64,000 nt of DNA from the human T2T-CHM13v2.0 reference genome, Homo sapiens, in NCBI RefSeq assembly GCF_009914755.1, contig NC_060932.1; one strand, written 5' to 3'. The translations under genes and the position numbers were made by a program. Positions 1-12,080 of the stretch are shown in pieces. Below the pieces are notes generated by a model that saw nothing but the letters and a program-made list of their open reading frames with translations, made no database searches and was not told the origin of the DNA. Position 1 is the stretch's first letter. Each line of letters begins with the position of its first letter.

Positions 1-279
1 ACCCTTTGCTTCTTGCCTGAAATACACTTAAAACATTGTAAAAAGTTATGTTCTATACTTATTTCATTGACAAAATGACTGCCCTCAGAACTGAGTTCTC
101 CACAGAACCCTTCTTAAGGTTCCTCCCCTTGTAATTTAAGTCCATCTCTTCCTGTCATCTGCTGTACAACTATTCATAATATATGTGCTTGTATAGTGTT
201 CATAGCCTTCTCTATTCTAGATTAAATAACAGAAATCTAACTTGCTAAGCGTCCAAACCATTCTACTGAATTGAGGGAA

Positions 280-1105
280 CAAAAATCACCCTCAACTTCT
301 CATTCCTCCTCTTCACTGATGATCTTATGTCATATTACTTTGAGAAAATAAGAACGATCAGATGTAATGTCCACCTTCCCACCCCAAAACCTACAGACCT
401 AAGTACACTTGCACCAATATTTTCTTCTTTACCTCTTACGGCAAGAGGAAAAATCCCCTTATCTCTATCAACAGGGCAACCTACACTCCTTTATCTCCAC
501 TACTACTACCTTGGTCCAAGCTCCTGTTATCTCTCACCTGGATTACAGCCAAAATCTCCTAACTGATCATCCCATCTCTACTGTTTCCCACTTCACAACA
601 ATACTCCACATAGTAGCAAATGTGACTGTTTCAAAACATAAATCACATTATGTCACTTAAATAGTTAAAATAAAACCCAAACTCTTTACCATGGATTCTA
701 AATCCTAGAGTTTCTAAGTATTGCTCTAATCTCATCCTGTCACTCTCCCTTACAACCATTATGTTCCAGTTACAGTGTTTTTAGTAATTTATCTGCAACA
801 TACCAGCTCTTTCCTGATCCTGGGCCTTTCATGCATTGTTCTCATATGTAAAGCTTTCTTACCCAACCATAACACAGTTAGCTATGCTTTAGGTCTCATA
901 AACGTCCCTTCATGAAAAAGTCTTCCCCTAATTACTCTGTGCCTGTTACTCACTATCTCTGCCCCATGTCTGTTTCTTTGAGAGCACTTATTACAACTTA
1001 TTCATTAGACTATAAGCTCCATGAGGGCAGAAACTATGTGCATCAGGTTTTATCTAACACAGTGCTAGACATAAGCAAGGGCTCAATAAATATTTGCTAA
1101 ATGAA
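280..1105 (+). mobile_element. L2 LINE fragment (3' end)
   Basis: L2 3' motifs 'agactataagctccatgagggcag' and 'ctcaataaatatttgctaaatgaa'. Confidence 0.7.
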
Positions 1106-1119
1106 CTAAGTGAAGAGAC

Positions 1120-1330
1120 AGCCAGGGTTAGGCTACAATCCTGACTCTACTACTTCATACTGGTTTGACTTCAGTTAAGTCACAATATTTCTGTGTTTCA
1201 ATGTTCTCTTCCATAAAACAAAAGAAAGAGTACATATCTGACAGGATTGCCAAATAAGACCTACTAAAGATTAATTGGCAATAAATAAAGACTAATCACG
1301 CATCTTTCAATGTAAGTATTAAGTACTTGT
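1120..1330 (+). mobile_element. MIR fragment
   Basis: Degenerate MIR core 'aatcctgactctactact...tgacttcagttaagtcac...tctgtgtttca'. Confidence 0.5.
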
Positions 1331-2638
1331 AAGTAAATAAGTGCTATTAAACTTAATTTAATGTTAGTTTCCTTCCTTCCCTTCTATAACTTAGACAGTA
1401 AGAATTCCCTAAGCTAATACAGTATTGAAATAATATATTTATATATACTTAAAAAGAAGAGACTCTGATAACATGTATTTGAATAGATACATTGGTAATT
1501 TGTATTTGCAGGATCTAATCCTAAATTTTAGAAAATGGGAATAAATAATGTACATCTATTACTTAACTCTCTCAAAAAGCAGGGAGTGATAAGGAGAAAA
1601 GAAGAAAAACAGAAAAGAAAGGTAACCTTAGAAATTAGAGATCATCAACTTCCAATTCCTAAATTTAGAACAACCTTCCTCTTCTTATAAAGACTTGCAG
1701 TAAGAACAGGATTAATATCTAAAATAAAAATATTCTATGTTTACTTAAATCTATATAATTCTCACTTATATTTCATATATATTTTTACTGAACTTTCACC
1801 CCTTAAATTGTGGTATCACTGGTAAAGTGGGGAAAAAAAAAAGGAACAACATCTCATATCAGAAACACAAAAAGGCCCTCTTGTTCCCTTAATATTTTAA
1901 TAAGCTTTAAATTTTCTAATTACAAAAGTAAATCTCAACATTTTCTTTAACTGCTGCTCACTTTTCAGGCTAAAATCCCTTTTATGTTCTTCAAAAGAAA
2001 TTTTACTTTCTAGGAACCTTATAAATCATTTACCATACATCATTCAAATCTCCTCCATACTCTATCTAGAATACAGTTAACAGTGCTTGTTTAATACTTT
2101 CTGCCTGATAACCACCTAGAATTTTGTGGAATGTGCTGCCCACCTTCATATTCTCCCAAGGATATGGATATAATTTAGATTCTGAACTCAAGGAAGGGTT
2201 TATGTTAAGCAATTAATTCAATTTTATTCAACACATTTTATGTAATCAAACTTGACTTTGTAAGAAGTAATTGGTATCTGGTTTAGATTTTTCCCTCATG
2301 TTCCAGTTACTTCTACAACCTTTCTAAAATTGGAATTTCTTGTCTACCCTTAAACCAGTTATTAAGTGCTACTGAACATTCCATAAAATTCATGGGAAAA
2401 GATTCATCCATTACATATATGCAAAGTAAAAAGATTATTTTAGGCTACCACAACATCTAGAATACTACTGTGAACAGTAAAGACTCTTGACTGTAATAAG
2501 CTGAAAACCAGTTTAAAAATGAATTTTATCACAAGTCAATCAGTATATGCTGTGAACAGTTCTACGACTATCAAATGCTCTGGCAGCAAGTAACCAAAAA
2601 TTAACCATCTGCAACTCTTGAAGTTTATTGTAAAATGA

Positions 2639-3001
<363 letters not shown>

Positions 3002-6000
3002 TAGTGTTTTTCAAGCTAAGGACTGCAATTTATTAGTGGATCCAAAATTTATTTAATGAGTCCAGACCAGCAAATGAAGAAGGGAAGGGTGAGAAAGAGG
3101 AGGAATAAATAGAAAACATCTGAGTGCACAGGTAGTTAAGAGTACGATTTCATTAACTTTTTTCTCTATGTACATAGTACCCGAAGCAATGTGTATTTTA
3201 AGGGTGGGTTTGAGTAAAAGTTAGGAAACACTAATCTGGGAGACAAACAGAAGTGGAAAGGATAAAGCAACGGAACTGTCAGAATTACCAAATTGTGGTT
3301 TAGGAGGTGAGCAAGACTAACAGCTTCTATTGACTAGGAGACAGAGGTTTTGGAAACTCCCATAGATTTGTAAAAGCGAGACATCCCTATGTGAAAAATG
3401 ACAAAGCACTTTTTCCTCTTACAGTAAGCCTAGGACAATGCGTAGCAAAGCTTGTGGTTGTCACCACTGATATTTTTATCCCTTCAAACTTTCAAAGGTG
3501 GCAGAGGTCAACCTTTACTCTCTCCTAACTCTTAGGCACATTGAATGCGGTTAAGATACAGTAGCCCCTGAAAGATAATTACAGGTCCTTGAACAACTAC
3601 TTCTAGAAAACATTATATTCTAGATTACAATTTAGAGTTTCAGGTAAGACTCTGGCATTCAGAAAAGTTAATTTGGAAGTACAACAGTCACATATCAGAG
3701 CCCATAAAATCGTCATCTGGAAAGTAGCACCAAAATAAACAACAAAAAATTTTTTTATGTATGTGAAATGTTTCAAAAATCTGAAGCACACCTTAGAGTC
3801 ATTTCATTTAAGAGTCACTCTGTGAAGAATTAATATTGGAGTTCCCTAAATATTGGCCAATCAACCTGCTTTTCTTTGTTAACAGTGATTGTGAATATTC
3901 AGTTTCATTAACAGAGCTAATTATTTTTGAAGCCTTTTAAAACACACACACACTTTTTACTGTATAGAGGACAGTTTCATAAATTACAGCTAGTATCTGT
4001 TCTAAGAGGCTCAAGGCGACAGCTATTTCTCAGGATGCATCCACCACCCATTACAACTACTATATATTCTAAGTTACTCAATTCCCACTATTGTTATAGA
4101 ACCACATCCACCCCATACTATTGTTACAGCCCTTTTTCACTATTATAAACCCACATATGGTTAGAGACAGAAGAGGACAAAAAACATGCAGCCATAAAGA
4201 GGATTTCTCAGTTCCAGGGTGAAGGGTTCCCTTTAATCTCTGCTGATATAGTTTAATGTTCTGCCTGGTTCACTACCTCCTTTTTTTTTTTACACTTTGA
4301 AACCTGCTGTGGCTTGAGACATCAACCTTTGGCATAATCACCTGCTGGTTTTATAATCTGCGGCCCACACTGTTGGAAAAAGGAGTTTCAGTCTTTGCTT
4401 ACTAACAATTTGTGTTCCTCACTGAACACAAATTCCAAAAAGATAAAAGCTTTGATAGGCACCTACCAGAAAGTCACTTTGTGTACAAGTACTAAAGAAT
4501 GCACCAAAACAAATTGAGGGGTTCACAGCCTCTTATCCCTCGAGGCAAAAGACTTCTAGTTCAAACACTGATGACACAGGTTTTAATGAAAGAAGAGCCC
4601 ATTTATTTATCTATTCTGATCGGACATCACAGAAATTCAATGCTTATTATAGTAGAGGACAAAGCTGGACAATCCTAATCACCCTAAATTAAAGATACCT
4701 CTCAATTTCTTCTCTCTCCTGGGCCATTACACCAAACCTAGAGCAGAACTATACCCACCTTCAGGGCAGAAGAAACAACGTAATAGCTTATTGATCTCTG
4801 GTGTAGACCCAAACCCACAAGTCATCAGGCAAGCAGGGATTACAGCCACTTGATGCAGCTAACAATCAAAAGTCGTGTACTGGGTTTTTGGTCCCACACA
4901 AGCACACCTCTGGCAATTACCCCTACATAAAAAATGGACCAAACTACTCTCCTCACCAAAACAAACAAAAATACTACTAATCAGGTACGGGAGCAACACA
5001 TCCTTAATTGTACCAAAAAGAATTTCTTGGCTGTCAGTAAATGCCCAATTACGTTCATTAATTCTTCATTTAGCGTCACTTGCCAGGTTTCAAAAGCCAC
5101 CATCACATTCAATTCCGTAGATAAATGCCTTCAAAAGAGATAACACTTGCTGACAAATTGGCTGTTGACTAAACCTCACCACCACCATCATTATACTAGT
5201 CAAATCAATGTTTGTGGCAAATGAATTAGACTTTTTATAAGTAAAATTTACCAAAGTAATGATATCTTCTAATTCTTTTTCTGGAGAAATCAGAGCAACA
5301 CTCCAAAAAGGAAAGGTTAAAACTGAGCTCTCTGAAATACCTATTCAGTGTGTTTAACTGATGAACTAAGAACGGTGAAGTCAGAAGTGTAACTTAATTA
5401 TCTTAAGAGATAGATGTTCTTTGCAATTAATTCCATTCAGCTCTTGCTCAGACCCCAACGCAATATAAAGCTGTCCGCACAGTCTTCAGCCTTCTCTTAA
5501 CCCGAAAGGAGTTATCTCTAACCCGATCCATCGACTGGAATAAAGTAACAGTGACCACAGCGGCGGACGAGGATGGATGAAATTACAATTGAACTAGGAG
5601 TCAGGACAGATGTGTACACCCTAACAGGAGAGACTGAGGTGGGGCTGGAAACTATTTTCTGGCCTTCTCCCGCGTGCTGCTCCCGGGGAACCAACAGGAC
5701 CCTGCACGCCCGGATTCGGCAGAGCCCTTGCCCCCGAGGTGGAGTGGGGAGAAGTCAGCGGGAAGCCTTTTCAGGGAATCGAGTAGGACAAGGGCTGGCG
5801 CGGTGGGAATCTCGCCGGTGAGAGAACTTCCTAACCCCGGGTTGAGGGGGCGGGGGGAAGGACCGTCCCGGCAGCGGCGGGGGCGAGCTCCTCTGCTTTC
5901 TCACAGTCAAGCATCTTTGTGTGTGGATTGTGCCAGGCTACGGGTCCTGGAGCAACTGGCCGCGGGGGCCCTCGAACCCAGGTCGGGAAGTCCGCCCGCC

Positions 6001-6263
6001 ACCCCCTCGCTCCGCCGGGGCCCTCCCGGCCGGGCCCCCCAGCCCCTCTCCACCACCCGAGGGTCTGGAGGTGGACGAGTGGAGAAAAGCATCTCCGTGT
6101 GGGGACACCCGTTCCGCCACATCCACCCCCTCACCGGTCTTTGTCCCGCCGGTAGCCAGGGTCTCCGCGGGAGTCTCCAGGGGAACCCCCGTCCTGGAGG
6201 CCTCGGGGCCCGGGTCGCCTCAGCTTTGTTCGGTCAGCGGGGCGCGGGGACGCGGACACTTAC

Positions 6264-6342
6264 CGTACACCCCAGCGAGGAAAAGCAAGAGCAACGCAGA
6301 CCTCCACCGCGGAGACTCTTTTGTGCTCCAGCGACAGGCCAT
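6264..6342 (-). CDS. LRP12: LRP12 (LDL receptor-related protein 12) coding exon 1, signal peptide; 79 nt, phase-1 intron follows
   Basis: ATG at 6342 translates MACRWSTKESPRWRSALLLLFLAGVY+G, which I recognise as the LRP12 N-terminus; followed directly by donor G|GTAAGT (acttac at 6258-6263); lies in a CpG island with a CGG repeat upstream. Confidence 0.96.
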
Positions 6343-6409
6343 AACCACAGCAGATGGAGAGAGAGAGGAGGAGACGGAGGAGGAGGGAGGAGAAGCTGGA
6401 GGTAGACGA

Positions 6410-6441
<32 letters not shown>

Positions 6442-6700
6442 AGCCACCGGCTGCTCCCTGCGCTCTCCGCGGCTGCGGGAGGGGGAAGGGAGGGGCCGCC
6501 GCCGCCCGCGCGCGCTCCCTCCTCCCTCCTCCCTCCGGCTCGCCTGCTCCCACCCCGGGCGGTGCGAGAGCCCCACGCGGGGCGGCCCTCCTGGGGGCAA
6601 GGGCAAGGAGCTCGCGCGCCAGCGCGAGACGAGAGGGTGGCGGACGCCGGACTCCGGCCTCGCGCCGCTCGGGCTAGCCGGCGCCGCCACTCGCCAGACT
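6343..6700 (-). other. LRP12: LRP12 5'UTR (~360 nt, GC-rich, no AUG)
   Basis: Runs from the Inr-like TCAGTCT (A at 6700) to the ATG; the TSS is inferred from the Inr match and my recollection of the UTR length. Confidence 0.65.
6406..6441 (-). repeat. (CGG)10(CGT)2 trinucleotide repeat in LRP12 5'UTR, normal-length allele of the OPDM1 locus
   Basis: + strand gacgac(gcc)10g at 6405-6441; 63 nt upstream of the ATG. Confidence 0.95.
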
Positions 6701-7770
6701 GAGCGCGCGCCCATCCGTGCGATCGGCAATCCCCTGGCCCGCCTGCCTCGGTTCCCTCCCCGCGCTCCGCTGGACTTTCCAAGTTTCGGGCCGATTTCCA
6801 CGCGACGGGAGCCCAAGGAGCAAGGCAGCGCCAATCGATGACAGAGCGTGCGAACGCCGGCTGCTGGATGCCCAGGGGCTGGAGCGCGGGGTGTGTGGAG
6901 GAGCACGGTCGCTGTCCGAGGGCTGGGCTCTGGCCCAGCGGGTGGGGGGAGGGGGGGTGGGATACCAGCTGGGAGGCTGAAGGTGGTTCCGTGTTGGGGG
7001 AGGCGTGGATGGTCTGAAGCTGACAACTTGGGAGTTCCTTCCTCTATCCGGTACCCCCAAGTCTCCACTTGCTGTCGGCGCGGAGCTTCGAGTGGGGGTG
7101 GGCTCAAGTTAGTGCGGCCAACCTGGCAGCTGGTCGGTCAAGGGGCAGTGTGGACTCCCACGCTCAAGGTGCCCGGAATGAGTCGGGCAAGGCTTGTGCA
7201 GAGCCCCTCCAGTCTGGCGTGGAAGCGCCAAGAGGTCATTTGACATCTCACGCTGGGTCGGGTGCAGCTGGGCCAGGATGTTCGGCAGGGCTGGAGCCGA
7301 CTTTCAGGGTAGATATATTGAAAGGAGGATTCGCCCATCACGCTGCAGTTTCCCTAAAGCTCTTTTCTCACTCCCAGCAAATGGGAGTCCTCCTTTACTT
7401 AGATCCCCAGAACACTTTTCTAAGTACGTCTGTAGTGACGCTGGCACATCAGACCTTACCCCCTGTGTTTTTAAAGCGTTTGTCTACAACGTCTTATTTA
7501 TATTAGATTTTATCGTTGCCCTTTGCAAGCACTCTCCATGCTATTCATTGAAGACCTACACTGCATCATGCTGTCCTATTGACATAGGTTGTCACTTTTT
7601 AATCCCAAACATCCTTGTGAGATAAATATTACCCATGTTTTATAGAAAAGAGAGAAATTAAATTACTCATGGCAAGTAAGTTGTTTGAAACAGTTTTTCT
7701 CATTCCAAAGTAAAGATTGTTGCCCCTATACCACAGCAAACTCTCTAGCACAATGCTTAGCGCCTAGTAA

Positions 7771-8209
7771 TGTGTCGGAGTTGGTGCCTGCCAGGGGGTT
7801 CGTGGTCTCCCTGACTTCAAGAATGAAGCTGCAGACCTTCCCGGTGACTGTTACAGCTCTTAAAGATGGCACGGACTCAAAGAGTGAGCGGTAGCAAGGT
7901 TTATTGCGAAGAGCAAAAGGACAGCTTCCACAGCATGGAAGAGAACCCCAGGTGCTGGCTGGTGGTGGCCAGCTTTTATTCCCTTGTGGTCCCCTCCCAT
8001 GTTCCATTTCTGTCCTATCGGAGTGCCCCTCTTTCAATCCTCCCTGCGATTGGCTACTTTTGGAATCCTGCTGATTGGTGCGTTTTACAGAGTGCTGATT
8101 GGTGCATTTTACAGAGCGCTGATTGGTGCATTTTACAATCCTCTTGTAAGACAGGAAAGTTCCTCAAGTCCCCACTCGACCCAGGAAGTTCAGCTGGCCT
8201 CACCTCTCA
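7771..8209 (-). mobile_element. Solo LTR12 (ERV9 family, short LTR12F-like), co-oriented with LRP12
   Basis: TG...CA termini, 4-bp TSD GTAA (7767-7770 / 8210-8213), tandem 'gctgattggtgcattttaca' CCAAT repeats, LTR12 motif 'gacttcaagaatgaagc'. Confidence 0.88.
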
Positions 8210-8754
8210 GTAAGTAAATGTTAAAATTTAAAACATACTTTCTGGGGAATACATTTAGGCTTTTCCTCAGTCTCCTGCCGATTTGCCCCCTTTTAAGTTT
8301 TTTTTTTTAAAACCAGGAAATGCTATTCCAAAAGATAAGAGAAAAATGTATTAATAAGTATTACAAAAATCTAATAATTAACAAATCTTATATCATCTGG
8401 TAAAAAAAGCAACCAGCACTCCAAAAATGTTTTCCATTCTTGTTGGAAAGAAGCAACTTCAGTGTTTTTCACTAAACAAATTGCAGTTGTCTTTCCTAAT
8501 TTTGGGATTCTAAACTCTACTTTCTTGTTTCTTAAGATTGCTTTCTCTAAATTGCGCTTCCATGAGAGCTGTGTTAAGAACAGGCCACAAGCAGAGTGAA
8601 GGAGTAGACTGGACTGCATCCTCCCCTGTCCACTTTTAGTACCATTCAAGGAATCCTGTCCCGAACACGAGACACACAGTGCCCTCATCAGTTCCTGTCA
8701 CACCCCTCCCACCCCTACACTTGCTCATCCACCCAGATGTGTCTTCTCAGACTT

Positions 8755-9225
8755 GCCAGGTTATCAAACTTTTGGGTATCTGGACCCCCCATAACACTTA
8801 CAATTTGGTGAGGACACCAAAGAACTTTTATTTATGTGGGTCATAGCTATTGATATTTAGCATTTAGAAATTAAAATAGAAAAAAAAGAATTTATTTTAA
8901 ATTCATTTAAAATAAAACATGCATTACAAGTTTACATAACTCTGCTTTCCAAAACAAACACAAAAAGTTAAGAAGAGTGGCTTTGTTTTTGCACTTTTAT
9001 AAATCTCCCTAATGGCTGGTTTAATAGAAGACAGCTGGATTCTCATATCTGCTTCTGCATCCAATCTGTTGCAATATGTTGTTTTGGTTGAAGTATATGA
9101 AGAAAATCTAGACTCATGTAATATATAAATTGGCAAAGGGAGAACCTCATGTACTTTCCTGAAATAGTCTTAGTGACACCCCGCTAACCCCCCACCACCC
9201 CCAGAAAAACTTTGAGAAATGTAGA
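8755..9225. mobile_element. hAT-Charlie DNA transposon fossil (Charlie1-like)
   Basis: Motif 'aatagaagacagctggattctcatatctgcttctgc' and 'ctttgagaa' terminus. Confidence 0.55.
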
Positions 9226-11016
9226 TCTAGGTGTCTGCCTTAATGCCTTCAAAATCTAAGTATTTTGTTTTTTATTAGAAGGGCTCTAATAAGTACTCAA
9301 TGTTCACCAGTGAAGGGTATTTATATTTTTTGAGGGAACATTTTTATTTATTGAAAACAGTTATAGTAGGATATCAGACATTAATAAGCATCACATCACA
9401 GAATAGGTACTCAACGTTGCTCCCTTTCTCTCACCTAATCTACCTAGCTGGCCATCTGGGCTGATACATCAAATTGTTCATCTGTGAGAAAGCACTTTGA
9501 AATCCAGAAAACTATAGCTATGCAGTGGTTAATATTGGTAACAATTCCATTGCAGTTGTACTACTAGTTGATTTTGCTTGGCCAGTGTTCTGGACTGCAT
9601 GATTTAAAGCATAAATCATGCCCCTGAGACCCATATCATTCTTAATCTGAGTCCTCTGGATCCACCGATGGGCTTCAAAGAATCTTAAGCCTTCTGAAAT
9701 TATATGAAGATTTTGTGTTCATGTACTTTTATAGAGAGAAGACATTATTTTCAGCAGATTCTTAAAATATTGTGTCAACCGTTTTCTTAAAAGTTTGAGA
9801 AAAACTGAATGAGGCAACCATTTGAGTTGCTGCTTAATCCTTTTCCAAGTGGTTCTGGAGCTCCTCAGGTACATGCAATTGGGAGTGGAGCAGTACAGGG
9901 ACTGCTTCTTTTTCCCTTGACATATTTTGAAAAGGGCTACAATCTTCCACTTTATGGAAACATGCCCTTAAATAATCCTTTTGTTTGATTTTAAACTTCT
10001 CTTTTTTCCTTGTTTGGCTATCATCACATATAATGGTCTAATTTTTGTCACCAATTAAAATTTGCTCCATCCTAATGTAGACTCTGCTTCATTTAGTAGC
10101 ATTTGAAAATCTCATCAACACTGAGGTTAGACTGGGGAGCATTATCACTCCCACTCTGAGAATCATCTTTTATTGGAAAGAAAATTGATGATAGTGGGTT
10201 TTCTATTCAGCCTGCTGCCAGAGAAAGTTACATCTTTTAACTCCCCCTCAAAGGAATATTGTGTTTAAAAAAGAAAAACAAACTTGAGAAAAATCATATA
10301 ACTAACTAAAAAAAGACAGTTTTTTAAGATTGAAGTTAAGTAAATGAGATCCCTTTACAAATGAATTCTAATTTCCATTGGTGTTGAATAATATAGGCTA
10401 GCAAATGAGATCCATCAATCTAGGTAACTTCTAAACCAGTTCACTAGCACATTTATTGTGGTTAAATATTCTGGGCTGTGACAGCATACCCACCATTGTA
10501 CCAAGTAGTCAAATATATAATCCTGGCTCTAAATTAACTAATCCAAATCCGAATAGATTTAGTTTTTCCCTCATAAGTTCAACTTAATTGTAAAACCAGA
10601 CCATAGAGCATGCAATAACTTATAGTGGTGATAACATCTATCTCTTGTAAACGTAGAAAACAATTGCCCTCACCAAGAAAAAAGAAGTAAAGGGAGCATT
10701 AACTACAGACATTGGCATATATAAAGAGATACTCTGAGCTTTTTTGTTGTCGTTTAACTGCGAAGTTTCAAAATGCACATAACTTTGTGTTTAAGTTCTG
10801 ATGATTGACTGAGGATATGAGCTAGAAATGTATGTAGGATGAAATCTCATTCCATGTCTCTCCATGAGCCCATCAGAAATGAATTTGGCTGCTGTGATGG
10901 CAATCCGATGGCTCTTTATAGGGAAATACTGCTAATTTCAGGCATATATAACTTATTTGTTTTTATTCTGCCTAAATCCAAAAAAGATTTGAGGTTCCCC
11001 AGTATATTTGGCAAAT

Positions 11017-11262
11017 ATAGTTACCCCTTGGTATATGCAGGGGATGGGTTCCAGGACACCTCCCCCTCCCATATAGCAAAATCCATGTATACTTAAGTCC
11101 AGTGGACTCTACGGGACCAGAACCCACCTATATAACAGCAGCCTTCCTATATGCAGGTTTCATACCATCAATATTTGATCTATGTTTGGTTGAAAAAAAA
11201 ATCCACATAATAAGTGGATCCAAGCACTTCAAACCTGTGCTGTTCAAGGGTCAACTCTATAG
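11017..11262. mobile_element. MER2 (Tigger) DNA transposon
   Basis: Termini 'tagttaccccttggtat...ggttccaggac' and 'tgttcaagggtcaactcta'. Confidence 0.75.
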
Positions 11263-11283
11263 TATACTGTAACAGATAAAGGC

Positions 11284-11662
11284 TGACATGGTTTGGATTC
11301 ATGACCCGCCCAAACCTCATGTCCAGTTGTAATCCCCAGTGTTGGAGGAGAGGCCTGGAGGGAGGTGATTGGATCACTGGGGTGGATTTCCCCCTTGCTG
11401 TCCTCGCAATAGTGAGTTCTCATGAGATCCGGTTGTTTGAAAGCATGTAGTGTCTCCCCCTTTACTCTCTTCCTCCTGCTCCAGCCATTTAGGGTGTGTC
11501 TGCTTCCCCTTCACCTTCTGCCATGATTGTTAGTTTCCTGAGGCCTCCCCTGCCGTGCTTCCTGTACAGCCTGTGGAACTGTGAGTCAATTAAACCTCTT
11601 TTCTTTATAAATTACCCAGTCTCAAGTAGTTCTTTATAGCAATGCAAGAACAGACTATTACA
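11284..11662 (+). mobile_element. MaLR solo LTR (MSTA-like)
   Basis: 'tgacatggtttgg...aattaaacctcttttctttataaattacccagtctc...agactattaca'. Confidence 0.85.
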
Positions 11663-11814
11663 AGGTATAAGCCTAAGAGTTTAACTGTGCTGGGTTTGAT
11701 CTAGGTGTTCAACCTTAGTAAAGAACCTAACTTCTTTTACCTCATATTTCCTCCTATAAAACAGGAAAAAAACGGGGGCTTCTTTGATCATCTACATACC
11801 TTTGAAATAATAAT

Positions 11815-12080
11815 TGCTACAATATATTGAATGCCTAGGGTATGCTATGCATTTAGTCCTCAAACAATCCTGTGATTTTGATACTATGATTATCCCCATT
11901 TTTCAAAAGAACAGGCACAGAGATATTCAGTAATTATCTCAAGATCACAGTAAATGGACACCATTTAGACTCAGGCAGTTTGACTCTAGAGCATGCTCTC
12001 TTAAATCATTTTACCAAGTTGTATGTAAAGCACTTAATATACCACCAGGCACCTACGAGGTACTCAATAAATAGCAGCTA
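11815..12080. mobile_element. MIR fragments
   Basis: 'attatccccatttt...aggcacagag...tctcaagatcacag...aggcagtttgactctagagc'. Confidence 0.6.

Larger units (their letters stand above)
5550..7330. promoter_or_regulatory. CpG island / LRP12 promoter
   Basis: Abrupt rise in GC and CpG content against AT-rich flanks; TATA-less; Inr TCAGTCT at 6702-6696 (minus), GC box near 6738, CCAAT at 6831-6835. Confidence 0.92.

Noticed and set aside
5573-7625. Many long overlapping ORFs on both strands (e.g. 5921-6841 306 aa, 5674-6405 243 aa)
   Set aside because: Stop-codon depletion in a GC-rich island; mostly GTG/TTG starts and low-complexity R/G/P/A content. Only LRP12 exon 1 is supported; the repeat-spanning frames are treated as hypotheses above.
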